Of a stretch of 64,000 nucleotides of DNA, positions 37,030 to 46,324 are shown piece by piece (the first letter of the stretch is position 1; the number at the start of each line of letters is the position of its first letter). This DNA comes from an uncultured virus (IMG/VR IMGVR_UViG_3300021091_000024) (lineage: Duplodnaviria; Heunggongvirae; Uroviricota; Caudoviricetes): the IMG/VR virus record IMGVR_UViG_3300021091_000024; one strand, given 5' to 3'. The notes under the pieces were generated by a model. That model saw only the letters and a program-made list of their open reading frames with translations. It was not told the DNA's origin and ran no database searches. The translations under genes and the position numbers were made by a program.

Positions 37030-37740
37030 TTATATGACCTGCATGTAAAAAACTGTCCCAGCGTTTTGACCAGCTACATCCGTAGCCACTCCAGATGGAA
37101 GTGAAACCCCACTTGAAACAATTAATATGACTCCTCCACCGGCAGGTGCTGTTCCTGGAGCCCTAAACGATGCAGTTCCTGATGATGGTCCACCTATGTA
37201 TCGAGCAGAAACTACCACAACTCCACCACCCGGCTGGCTGTTCCCACCAGCGCCGCCCCTAAGGTATGTTGGGCCACCCCCAGATGCGGTGATAGAATAA
37301 CCAGTTATCGCCTGATGTGGAACTCTAAAATATTCAGTGCCGCCTAATGCTGCGGTAGGTGGAGTAGCGGTAAATCCAGAAGCTGAACCACCAAGGCTAT
37401 GGGTAACCGATGTAGACGCTGCACCACCCTGCTGTATGGAGCCAGCGGTTGAAAACCCAGTAGTAAAACCAATTACCGAGCTAGAGCCAAAACTGAGAGT
37501 TCCCTTTACGAATATTCTGTATCCGTTTGGCGCTAGTCGTACTCCAGAGTTAATAGACAAGTTCTGAAAATGAATGTCTCGAGTCATTGAGTAGACGTTC
37601 CCAGATGGGGTCATGCTTAAAACTGCGCTAGACCCGTCTAGGGTGGCGTTGCCATCCATCCCGGTTCCATATACCGGGTCGGCTGAGTCAAGAAACTGCG
37701 CTAGTGTATTTTGCGCTGGGTAGCGCTCAATGCCAGGCAT
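37030..37740 (-). CDS. Gly-rich tail protein (short paralog)
   Basis: VYGTGMDG...RDIHFQNLSINSGV.L..NGYRIFVK...GGGVILI. Confidence 0.75.
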   Translation of the reverse strand: MPGIERYPAQNTLAQFLDSADPVYGTGMDGNATLDGSSAVLSMTPSGNVYSMTRDIHFQNLSINSGVRLAPNGYRIFVKGTLSFGSSSVIGFTTGFSTAGSIQQGGAASTSVTHSLGGSASGFTATPPTAALGGTEYFRVPHQAITGYSITASGGGPTYLRGGAGGNSQPGGGVVVVSARYIGGPSSGTASFRAPGTAPAGGGVILIVSSGVSLPSGVATDVAGQNAGTVFYMQVI

Positions 37741-37743
37741 CGA

Positions 37744-38079
37744 TTACTCCTCATAGGCATTGATTGTTACGGAGACAGTACCGCCAGCTCCACAGTAAAA
37801 GTAAAGCCTATCTGTTGAAGCCATCCGAATATTTGTATTGAAAGTTATGGTCTCGTTTGCTGCTATTGACTGACCATTGAATATTCTGTTTACTGAAGTT
37901 TCTGACCCAGTAGTCGAAACGCCAAAAGTAACAGTTGTAGCAGAGCCGGAATTACAAAAAATAACCTGCTTAACTACCCCGGTCGTGGCAGTCGGCGAAT
38001 AACGCCCTGTTGCCGTATCAGATGACCAGCTACCAGTTGGGACTGCCTTGGGGCCAAATCTCACTGCATCCAGACTCAT
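37744..38079 (-). CDS. small tail adaptor paralog
   Basis: RFGP...VVKQVIFCN...NRIF....IAANETI. Confidence 0.7.
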   Translation of the reverse strand: MSLDAVRFGPKAVPTGSWSSDTATGRYSPTATTGVVKQVIFCNSGSATTVTFGVSTTGSETSVNRIFNGQSIAANETITFNTNIRMASTDRLYFYCGAGGTVSVTINAYEE

Positions 38080-38564
38080 GCGGATACCTCCATAATTGTT
38101 TTAAGCTGCAAATCTCTGAGGTTCGTTGCATAAGAAATCGAACCGCCAGTACCGAAGTTTACAGAAGACCCATCTGTGCCAGAGAAGCTAACGGTGTTGC
38201 TCACCGTAAGCGTTTTAGTGTCGGCAACTGTTATCGTTGCCCCGACCGCCGGGGGCGTAAGGGTAACTCTGTTGACGACTATGGGGGTTTGCAACTTTTC
38301 GGTCGTAATTGTCCCATCGCCAACAACAAACTGCTCTGAGTCAACCCATGCAACTCCGTTGTAATACTGAACCTTTTGTTCGTTAACTAGATAAACGAAT
38401 CTCCCCGGGGCGAGGGCGGGTTTTGTAATTCCGTCTCCAAAGGCATTATTTCTGGCTGTTGCATTTGCAAAGATGGCAACAACCTGGTCCATGAAATAGC
38501 CATTGAGCTCGTCGTCCGAGAGCACCTCACCATTTCTGAAAATTTTTACACCGAGACCAGCCAT
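38076..38564 (-). CDS. tail fibre anchor protein
   Basis: F..GEVL....LNGYFMDQ.V..FA....RN.A; ends TIMEVSA. Confidence 0.7.
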   Translation of the reverse strand: MAGLGVKIFRNGEVLSDDELNGYFMDQVVAIFANATARNNAFGDGITKPALAPGRFVYLVNEQKVQYYNGVAWVDSEQFVVGDGTITTEKLQTPIVVNRVTLTPPAVGATITVADTKTLTVSNTVSFSGTDGSSVNFGTGGSISYATNLRDLQLKTIMEVSA

Positions 38565-38619
38565 ATGCCCTCCAGATACTTGATAATTTTACCATTTGAA
38601 TAAAAATGAATGAGCACTT

Positions 38620-40131
38620 TTACCTTCGCACTTGACCTACGTCTGGGGTGGTAGGAACATTCGTACCAGGGTTTGCGTAGGAGAAAGTGTCCGCTGTAAC
38701 TGCGGTTACCGTGTATGTACCACTAAAAGGCCCACCAGAGGCGTCTACATCTATAACCTCAACAATGTCACCAACCAGAATCCCGTGTGTTCCGTCTGTG
38801 GTAATTGTTGCGACATCACTTGACCTTGATTTTGAAAGAACATCGAACCAGTCATAACCGTCGTTTGTCTCTCCAATCGGAATACCACTAGATGAGCCGA
38901 CTATGCCAAGAACTGGGTTACCCACCGTGAACTCGAACTCATCTTTAGCTTCATGATAGATTTTGTACCCCATCGGCCTAGCGTCTTCCACCGACTGGAG
39001 GATTAACTCGCTTGATTCAAGTTCAGCGACACAATCGGAAGTTTCATTAACCAAGGTTTGAATAAGTATCTTGAATGGGTCGCCAAGGTATTCCGGTGTT
39101 ATAGCTACCGCATATGTAGAGGGGTTTCCGTTTTTAGTAAAATGAAGGCACTGTTTTGCAGATTCCAAGAGAGCCTGTCTGCTCCCTGCAGCAATTCCGT
39201 AAAACCCTGTTGATAATTGCCATCTTTCATATGACCGCTCAGCTTCTGAAGACGGCAAATATGGTGAACCAGAAGAGCTGTATACGTTTTTTCTAGATTT
39301 TGTCCCAACGAATTGAGCCAGCCATGGAGCGTATCTGGGATTTACGTAATATGGGTTTGACAAGGTGCTGTGAACATTGTTGATTGTTATTTGCTCTTGA
39401 AGCGAGTTCAGAACATACGGCTGGTGCTCATATAGGGCCTTGTACTCCTCAAAAGCATCATCGGCAGAAGCAGTCATACAGTCTATTAGACGATGCATCG
39501 GCATGGTTGGGTCTGTTTGCTGAGAGTCAATATCCCAATAAAAGTCCGGCATAAGCAGTCTCGAGCTATGAACAAATATATTTTCATAATACATTTGGTC
39601 ATCTATTAGGTTCGGAGAAGTTATGTAAACAATAGAACCATTATGTCCACTTACTTCAATTCTCGCCTTTACCGCGTAAGTTGCTGAAGAACTTATTGGG
39701 ATAGTAAGCAAATTACTTCGTATCGTGGTGAAAGAACCTGGATATACGGTCTTGGTTAGTGGTGTTACTGATGTGTGGGCTTGTGTTGATAGATGTAGGT
39801 ATGTTGTTACGGTACAGACCGATGGGGTTATGATTTTTGCATTAAACGAAAATCTTCTAGCGTTATCGCCTACAAGTAACTGTGTTTCAAAGTCTGTGTA
39901 AACATGAATATCAGCTCCAGTGACTGGATTTATGTTTAGTGAGTACCTTGAGAGCACGCTGTAGGGTTCAGGTACTATTTCTATGGTCGGTGTTATTGAT
40001 AGAGATGATGAGCCAACACGCCACCCTGCATCATAAGAATACGAAGAAGTTATTTCAGATGGATACCCCGTAGAGCGAGATTTTACATACAGCCCGGTTT
40101 GGTCGCTAAATCGATTAACTGTTTTTGACAT
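38620..40131 (-). CDS. baseplate protein (P2 gpI-like) with C-terminal beta domain
   Basis: PWLAQFVG; position after baseplate J. Confidence 0.65.
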   Translation of the reverse strand: MSKTVNRFSDQTGLYVKSRSTGYPSEITSSYSYDAGWRVGSSSLSITPTIEIVPEPYSVLSRYSLNINPVTGADIHVYTDFETQLLVGDNARRFSFNAKIITPSVCTVTTYLHLSTQAHTSVTPLTKTVYPGSFTTIRSNLLTIPISSSATYAVKARIEVSGHNGSIVYITSPNLIDDQMYYENIFVHSSRLLMPDFYWDIDSQQTDPTMPMHRLIDCMTASADDAFEEYKALYEHQPYVLNSLQEQITINNVHSTLSNPYYVNPRYAPWLAQFVGTKSRKNVYSSSGSPYLPSSEAERSYERWQLSTGFYGIAAGSRQALLESAKQCLHFTKNGNPSTYAVAITPEYLGDPFKILIQTLVNETSDCVAELESSELILQSVEDARPMGYKIYHEAKDEFEFTVGNPVLGIVGSSSGIPIGETNDGYDWFDVLSKSRSSDVATITTDGTHGILVGDIVEVIDVDASGGPFSGTYTVTAVTADTFSYANPGTNVPTTPDVGQVRR

Positions 40132-40133
40132 GT

Positions 40134-41594
40134 TTATACCGAAACGTAAGTAAATATTATGCCTGTCGGGTCCAGTGAAGGGGCCCAGCCTTTACGGGAA
40201 GGCTCGAGGTCCGTGGCGAGCTGAGTCAACCACCCATCTGCGGTAGTTCCAATTAAGGAAAGAGATTGGACATATCTAACACCAGGGATTTGGCTAATTA
40301 AGCCGATAATTACATTCTTTCTTACGATGTCTTCGTGCGTTGGGAATCCAGACGGGCTTAAGTATTCAATTACTGTATTTTCAATAATTTGTTCTAGAGG
40401 TTCCCTATCGTATGCTGTATCCAAAACTATTGAACCCTCTATCGAAAGAGGAAGAATTCCCATATTTTCTACGTTGACAGTGAGGCCACCTATTGCTGCC
40501 TCTGCTACAGCAAGTTTGATTATTTCTTTTTGTTCTGTTTCGACAAATCCACCAAGACCATAAACATATGTTGCTATATGACCGACAACCTCTTTGCCGC
40601 GCACTGCTGTTCCAGAATCTGAAGTAGACGATACGTTTCCTCCGGCGCTCAAATATGAAAAAGTAGTTGAAGTAATTGCAGTAACTTCTACTTCTCCGTC
40701 AAAAGCTCCAGAAGGAGAGCCCGCAGCAGATATATCACTTACCGTAATTATGTCACCGACAAGTATCTGGTGAGCTTCCGATGTTGTCAGCGTTGCAACA
40801 CCAGATGCCCTTGATTTAGTGGTAATAGAATAAGTTTTTTCTGTGTCTCTATTACCAACGTCTGGGTCACCGTTTGTTAGGTCATAAGTTCTAACTCTTC
40901 CTACATAGCCGACGTAATTATTTGCTATAAATGCATCAACCTGAGTTGACTTTGCAAGAGTGGAAGATAGGGACGAAAGATACGATGTGGCTCTCGACAG
41001 GAATTCTGCAGAGTTTTCTTCATTAAAACCATTTTGGAAGTAGCTGCCAGCAGCAACGCTAAGTATTTCTGTGGACGGGGAAAGAATCAGCAGCGACTCC
41101 CCTTCTGCAATAACTGGTATAACACCGGGCAAAAATGCTTCACACAATACTGTTCCCGATGGGTACGGGTCCCCACCAACGTATGACTCGTCTGCCGGTA
41201 TATCGAGCGATTCAACTGTCTGAAATACAATCTCAGTTGTTTCATCTTCGAAGGTGTAGGGGTATCCAAATAGCGTTCCCGAAGCTATTGTTGCCCCCTC
41301 GTAGGAATCAGCCGTTATTGTTACGGACATTTCTGCAGGAATAGCGGGTCTCTGCGTAACGCCCATCATGGAAAGTATTCCAGACATAACACTATCTGGG
41401 AGCCTGTTGAGACCAGTTGCCATCTGCCACCCAATATATGAAATTGCCTGGAACATGGCGTCTTCCACTGTTCCAACTCGCAAATTAAACTCCGGGAGAG
41501 TCAATCTCGCCATTTCTATAGCTTCGAGATAAAGGTCTCCCGGAGTCTTGTCGAAAATTGTCAAATCTACGTACTGCGAAAAATCAGCCGTCAT
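40134..41594 (-). CDS. baseplate J-like wedge protein
   Basis: LPEFNLRVGTVE..., NRLPD, G.NEE...FL.R, IPGVRYV. Confidence 0.8.
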   Translation of the reverse strand: MTADFSQYVDLTIFDKTPGDLYLEAIEMARLTLPEFNLRVGTVEDAMFQAISYIGWQMATGLNRLPDSVMSGILSMMGVTQRPAIPAEMSVTITADSYEGATIASGTLFGYPYTFEDETTEIVFQTVESLDIPADESYVGGDPYPSGTVLCEAFLPGVIPVIAEGESLLILSPSTEILSVAAGSYFQNGFNEENSAEFLSRATSYLSSLSSTLAKSTQVDAFIANNYVGYVGRVRTYDLTNGDPDVGNRDTEKTYSITTKSRASGVATLTTSEAHQILVGDIITVSDISAAGSPSGAFDGEVEVTAITSTTFSYLSAGGNVSSTSDSGTAVRGKEVVGHIATYVYGLGGFVETEQKEIIKLAVAEAAIGGLTVNVENMGILPLSIEGSIVLDTAYDREPLEQIIENTVIEYLSPSGFPTHEDIVRKNVIIGLISQIPGVRYVQSLSLIGTTADGWLTQLATDLEPSRKGWAPSLDPTGIIFTYVSV

Positions 41595-41595
41595 C

Positions 41596-41895
41596 TCATC
41601 CCTCCGTTATAACAAATGAAAAACTTACACCAGCAGTGCCGTCTGTTTTTGTATTCACTGATAAGGAGGTAATTTCTACCTCAGGAACATAACGTGCAGC
41701 ATTCAAAATAAATAAACCCCTATCAATCGAGGTAAAAGACGGGTCATTGACCCCAAAAAATGGGGAATACGGGTGTGTTCGAGGCTCAGTGAGGATAGCC
41801 ATTGTCAATAGTTGTGCGTAATAATCCTCAGAACCGTCACGAAGAAGCTCTAGGCCGTCAGAGCCAAATCTTATAGGAAATTTAATTGTGTTCAT
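41596..41895 (-). CDS. gp25-like baseplate protein
   Basis: T.P..HP..P.FGV.DP.F; size and position. Confidence 0.7.
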   Translation of the reverse strand: MNTIKFPIRFGSDGLELLRDGSEDYYAQLLTMAILTEPRTHPYSPFFGVNDPSFTSIDRGLFILNAARYVPEVEITSLSVNTKTDGTAGVSFSFVITEG

Positions 41896-41973
41896 TGTTT
41901 TCGCTCTCCTGAATAATACATTTTAATTCATTTTTTAACCCTAATGCGACGTCATTTGTTGCCGATATTGAGG

Positions 41974-42687
41974 TCATGTTAAGTCCCCTGTGAGTAGGTA
42001 AGAATTTAAATCAACACATACTAGCGTCGCCACTGAATAGCGCGCCCTTAGGCTTAAGGAACGAGCCGTGTCAACAGATACTCCAGCTCCTGGGATTATT
42101 GTAAAAGTTCCAGTCGCACGTCTAGCAAAATCAACTTTTTGACCAATCGCGAAACCTGTTGATGAATTAATCTCAAGCGTGCATGTTGTTGTGTTGTATA
42201 AAAGTTTTCCAGCCGCAGAAGCACCTAGGGGGCCATTAGAGACAGCCTCAACGGGTTGCGCATTGCTCCACAGGGAGACCCATGATTCTCCATCCCACAA
42301 AAAGTAAGAATTAGTATCTGTAGCGTAGGCGAGACAGCCCTCCGGTAGAGCAGCAACAACTTCCGGGTATATTGCTGTGGACTCCATGATTAAAATCATT
42401 GATTGATTAATAGGTCTTGCGTTTCCAAAAACAACCATAGAAGTCATTGCCTGGTTAGAGAAAGCACAGAGCACCGTGTCGTCAATTATCATCTTGGTGC
42501 TTTGCGTTACGCCGAGGGGCATTAGGGGGCCATATGAAATTCCAAGAGCCTGCACATATATTACTATCCGTCCATCTGGGTAGGCCTTGGTGACAACACC
42601 TTGATACATCTCCCCTGGTCTCTTAGGGGCAGATGCTGCCTTATCGCGACGAACTGGGGCGTTCTGAATTCCATAATCTGAAATCAT
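41974..42687 (-). CDS. baseplate spike/OB-fold protein with C-terminal extension
   Basis: YQGVVTK...DTVLCAF; ends YLLTGDLT. Confidence 0.6.
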   Translation of the reverse strand: MISDYGIQNAPVRRDKAASAPKRPGEMYQGVVTKAYPDGRIVIYVQALGISYGPLMPLGVTQSTKMIIDDTVLCAFSNQAMTSMVVFGNARPINQSMILIMESTAIYPEVVAALPEGCLAYATDTNSYFLWDGESWVSLWSNAQPVEAVSNGPLGASAAGKLLYNTTTCTLEINSSTGFAIGQKVDFARRATGTFTIIPGAGVSVDTARSLSLRARYSVATLVCVDLNSYLLTGDLT

Positions 42688-44624
42688 GATGCGCCTGGAG
42701 TGTTTTCGAATTTCCCATTTGGAAATCTTTTTTTCATAACTTCTAATTGCTGTCTAGATATGAGTTTTCCATAAATAGATGCGTTGGCTATTGCTTCTTT
42801 TGTTGTGTTTCCACGAGCTTTGGCAAGAAACAAACCAGAAGATTCCGCATATCTAAAAGAGCTTGTATCTGATTCGATATAACCACCAACTATTTTGTTT
42901 TGTATGACTGCGATTTGCTTACCATGTATCGGTGTTGGAACAGAAATAGTTACCCTATTCCCCATGACATTGATACTATTTATTCTAAATAAAGTTGTTG
43001 ATGCGGCTAGCCTTGATGAGCTAGATGCGTTTTTAAAATCTACAGGTAATATTGTTAGTGTGTCGTTGACCTGTAGGTCAGATACAGAGTCAACCCCCAG
43101 ATGCAAATATGGTGCCTTCTGAAAAGAAACAGATGAAGCAACGGGAACAAGCCCAGATGCATCTGAAGACCTAAAAAAGCTGAGAATTTGACACCTAGAA
43201 AGTTGAACAGGTACAGAACCAGAAGAAAGCACTTTTGTCCATATTTGTGGAACCAAAAGAGCGTAAGGCTTGCCACCGTTTACCCCGCTTTTTCTAGTCA
43301 CAAAAGTTGCTGAATATAAGGTTCTTGGTTCATTGTCAACCATAAACACCGGCCTAGACCATAGGTTTATGTTCCCTGTTTCAAAAATGCCCTTAGTTTT
43401 CGGGGGGTAGTTGTATGGGAGTGACGCACTAGGGAGTGGAAATATGTTTAAGTTTGCTGGCGGAGTAAAAAATCTAGGTATGTTGTCCTGTTTAAAAACT
43501 TGATTCTGCACAACAGAAGTATTGGCCAAGACGTCTATCACCTGCGGACCCCTTTTGCCAATTTCTAAGTCTTTTATTTCTTTTTCTTCTTTTTCTGGCT
43601 TCTTAAAAGATATATTCACGGGGTCTGGAACCAGGTCACTGAATGTGACTGAATCGATTAGGTAGTAGCCATTAAACGTTGGTACGCCGTCTATTTTTAT
43701 TGTCATTCCGGGACGAAGACGGACGGCGTTCGCTCTGTCGATAATTGCATTGCCACTCCCATCGAAAGGATTATTTTCCGAAATCGTCACGTTTGGAACA
43801 GATAGAAGCTGTAGTGAATTTCTGGCTGATGACTCGATTGTTGGCTGAAAAGAAAACGGCTTCACTGAAGATTGTTGAAAGTGTGACTTATATATCACCG
43901 GTATGTACTTATTTTGTTTTGAGTCTGACTTTTTCTTGGTTTTCTTTTTACTCAGGGGAACTTCGTGTGTACCCCATCTCTTCAGGAGGAACTTTTCTGA
44001 AGCAAATACCAGATATCCGTCAACTTCAAAAACTACGAATTTAGCTTCTGTAGCCAGATTTGTTATAACATCCCACACAGAGTCTGCTTTATTTCCGCCC
44101 GATGCTTTATTTATCTGCTGTTTTTTGTTCGTACTTTGTCCAAAAAACTTAAGACCATATTTTTTCGCTGCCTGCTGCACAAAGGCGGTTCCGCTACCCT
44201 TTATACTGCCTGGTCTCCTATCTCTTTTCATTTGTTGAATAGCCCTCGAGTAGCAGCGAACCTCCACGGTTGGGCTTGCTCCTGGCCCCTGAGATACCGT
44301 AACGTTGGCTATCTCAAAAAGCTGTGTTTGCTTTTCTTTTACATCGGGATTCCTTGTCCCCTCAATCGTCCCAAATGTTTCTGTTACATAGGCAACAATT
44401 CTTCCTATTGAGAAATAGTTGTTCTCGAGCATTTTGAGACCAGTATCGCTTACGCTAAAAGATATTTCACTTGACATATTCATCGCATAACTAACGTTTA
44501 GGTTTATAAGGTTTGCCCTTACGTCGGCAATTTGGTAGTTCTTTTCGTCTACGAAGTAGATAACACCGCCCGCCTGTCTTAGGAGACTTGTTGGTGTCGG
44601 CAAATAGGTTATCGAAGCAGGCAT
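42684..44624 (-). CDS. baseplate hub (gp27/P2 gpD-like)
   Basis: SVWDVITNLA.E..FV.FE.DG.L.F...LRPGMTI...G.Y.I.SV. Confidence 0.65.
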   Translation of the reverse strand: MPASITYLPTPTSLLRQAGGVIYFVDEKNYQIADVRANLINLNVSYAMNMSSEISFSVSDTGLKMLENNYFSIGRIVAYVTETFGTIEGTRNPDVKEKQTQLFEIANVTVSQGPGASPTVEVRCYSRAIQQMKRDRRPGSIKGSGTAFVQQAAKKYGLKFFGQSTNKKQQINKASGGNKADSVWDVITNLATEAKFVVFEVDGYLVFASEKFLLKRWGTHEVPLSKKKTKKKSDSKQNKYIPVIYKSHFQQSSVKPFSFQPTIESSARNSLQLLSVPNVTISENNPFDGSGNAIIDRANAVRLRPGMTIKIDGVPTFNGYYLIDSVTFSDLVPDPVNISFKKPEKEEKEIKDLEIGKRGPQVIDVLANTSVVQNQVFKQDNIPRFFTPPANLNIFPLPSASLPYNYPPKTKGIFETGNINLWSRPVFMVDNEPRTLYSATFVTRKSGVNGGKPYALLVPQIWTKVLSSGSVPVQLSRCQILSFFRSSDASGLVPVASSVSFQKAPYLHLGVDSVSDLQVNDTLTILPVDFKNASSSSRLAASTTLFRINSINVMGNRVTISVPTPIHGKQIAVIQNKIVGGYIESDTSSFRYAESSGLFLAKARGNTTKEAIANASIYGKLISRQQLEVMKKRFPNGKFENTPGAS

Positions 44625-46324
44625 TATGATACGCCCCTGGCGCGTAGCGCCCCATCTGTTGCCGTGGAATTATATCTATCTATAGCTGCCTGTACTCTTG
44701 CATAATCCTTACTTGGAATTGTCCAGTAAGAACATTTGGCATTTTTTGTCTGCCTCTCAATAAGTTTCTGTGCCTTTAGAGCCAGTGCTAGCCCTGAGTT
44801 TACGGGGAGTTGCTGCAGGTTAATCTTAAGTTTGTTGGCGCCCGACAGTGTGGTTCCGGCGGCCCCTCTTCCACAACCCTCGATTGTTTCTCCATCTTTT
44901 GGCGGAGGAGGATTCCACGGTGGTGGCTTTGGGAACTTAATTAAGTCAACAAGTTCGTGCGGAAACTCCGTTAGAGTTATGTCGCATGATGCTCTGCTTA
45001 TTGAGCCATTAACGTTTCTGTAGACAGATGTAACACTAAATTCTGATATTACAAATAGAGCGCCCGCATTGCTTGAGTTCTTAAACGGAAATTTCAGCTG
45101 AGTTGACATTATTTCGTCAAGACCCATAAACACTATCGGGTAAGGAGACAGCGATATTTTTCTTAAATTGTTCAGCTGCTGGTCCACCGACGTGGTTATA
45201 ACTTTTCCATCTATTGCGCTATCAAGCGTTCCTGATGTGTCAGATGAAACAAGGAATGTGAAAGAAACCTGCATCAGCTTGTAGCTCTGCCAGTCAACTA
45301 TTGGCCTATTGGCTACTCGTTCTATGGTTGACCAGTTAGAGCCTATTGAGCTATATGAAATTTGATTAGGTTTATGCAAGAACTGGTGCGACAGGGGTGC
45401 GATTGTGTTATCGGTAACCTGCATTAATTTGGGTGTCACTGGCACTTGCGCAAGTGTTCTCGGTGCACCAGCTGCATTGATAAGCTGTCCTCTTGACCTT
45501 TGAGCATCCCCCACGCTGACAGATATATTAACTGGCATTCCAGCTGAACGAGAAGCAACAGCACGTGGAGTAGAGGTTGATAAAGCGGCTCTGGTAGCTA
45601 GGGCCTCCGAGGATTTTGCATCAACAAGGGCTATGGCCTGTTCTCGAGTTTTGCCAATAGATACAAGTTCATCAACTTGTGCTAGGCGTATCGATTCCCC
45701 GGCTGCAGCCATAAGCGAATCCGTCGACTGACCAGAAGTGTCCCTGGTAAAAAGAACGTCAAGCATGAATTGGGTGTCTCGTGTTCCAGGTGCGGAAAAC
45801 TTGGCAAAAGGATAAAATTTATTTTCAAATGGGTTATGCCAATACCCGGGGTAGACAAGGTCCCCATTGTCGTCATTGACTGCTGTATACGTCTGGGAGC
45901 TTTCCACCCAAACCTGTATGTTGCTGTAAGAGTATGGGTTTAGTGATGAATTAAGAGGGAATTTCTTTAATCGAGCAGTGGCTACATACAGTTTATTGCC
46001 GGAATATTTATGCGTGAAGACCGGAAAAGAACCTGTATATTTTCTTCGCAGCTGCGTAGGTCTCGTCACCACTCTTTTTTCATATTTAATACGAGATTGC
46101 TCGACAAGTTCGTCCCCCGCCGTGTACTGGACATATGAACCCATTAGAGGTAATGGCATCCAGTATTCGTCTTCGTCCAACCTTGACGAAGAGACGCCAT
46201 CGGGCTGTGTTCTAAATAGGTGATAGACCGGATATCCGGGGTATAGAACACCTACACCGTTTTGTATCTTTCTCACCTCTACGTAAAAATATGTATTTCT
46301 GATAGCTTGGTTTACAGGCATCAC
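44624..46324 (-). CDS. tail tube initiator/baseplate protein
   Basis: follows the tape measure; C-terminal ISEFSVTS..RN..G.ISRA.CDITLTE. Confidence 0.6.
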   Translation of the reverse strand: MMPVNQAIRNTYFYVEVRKIQNGVGVLYPGYPVYHLFRTQPDGVSSSRLDEDEYWMPLPLMGSYVQYTAGDELVEQSRIKYEKRVVTRPTQLRRKYTGSFPVFTHKYSGNKLYVATARLKKFPLNSSLNPYSYSNIQVWVESSQTYTAVNDDNGDLVYPGYWHNPFENKFYPFAKFSAPGTRDTQFMLDVLFTRDTSGQSTDSLMAAAGESIRLAQVDELVSIGKTREQAIALVDAKSSEALATRAALSTSTPRAVASRSAGMPVNISVSVGDAQRSRGQLINAAGAPRTLAQVPVTPKLMQVTDNTIAPLSHQFLHKPNQISYSSIGSNWSTIERVANRPIVDWQSYKLMQVSFTFLVSSDTSGTLDSAIDGKVITTSVDQQLNNLRKISLSPYPIVFMGLDEIMSTQLKFPFKNSSNAGALFVISEFSVTSVYRNVNGSISRASCDITLTEFPHELVDLIKFPKPPPWNPPPPKDGETIEGCGRGAAGTTLSGANKLKINLQQLPVNSGLALALKAQKLIERQTKNAKCSYWTIPSKDYARVQAAIDRYNSTATDGALRARGVS

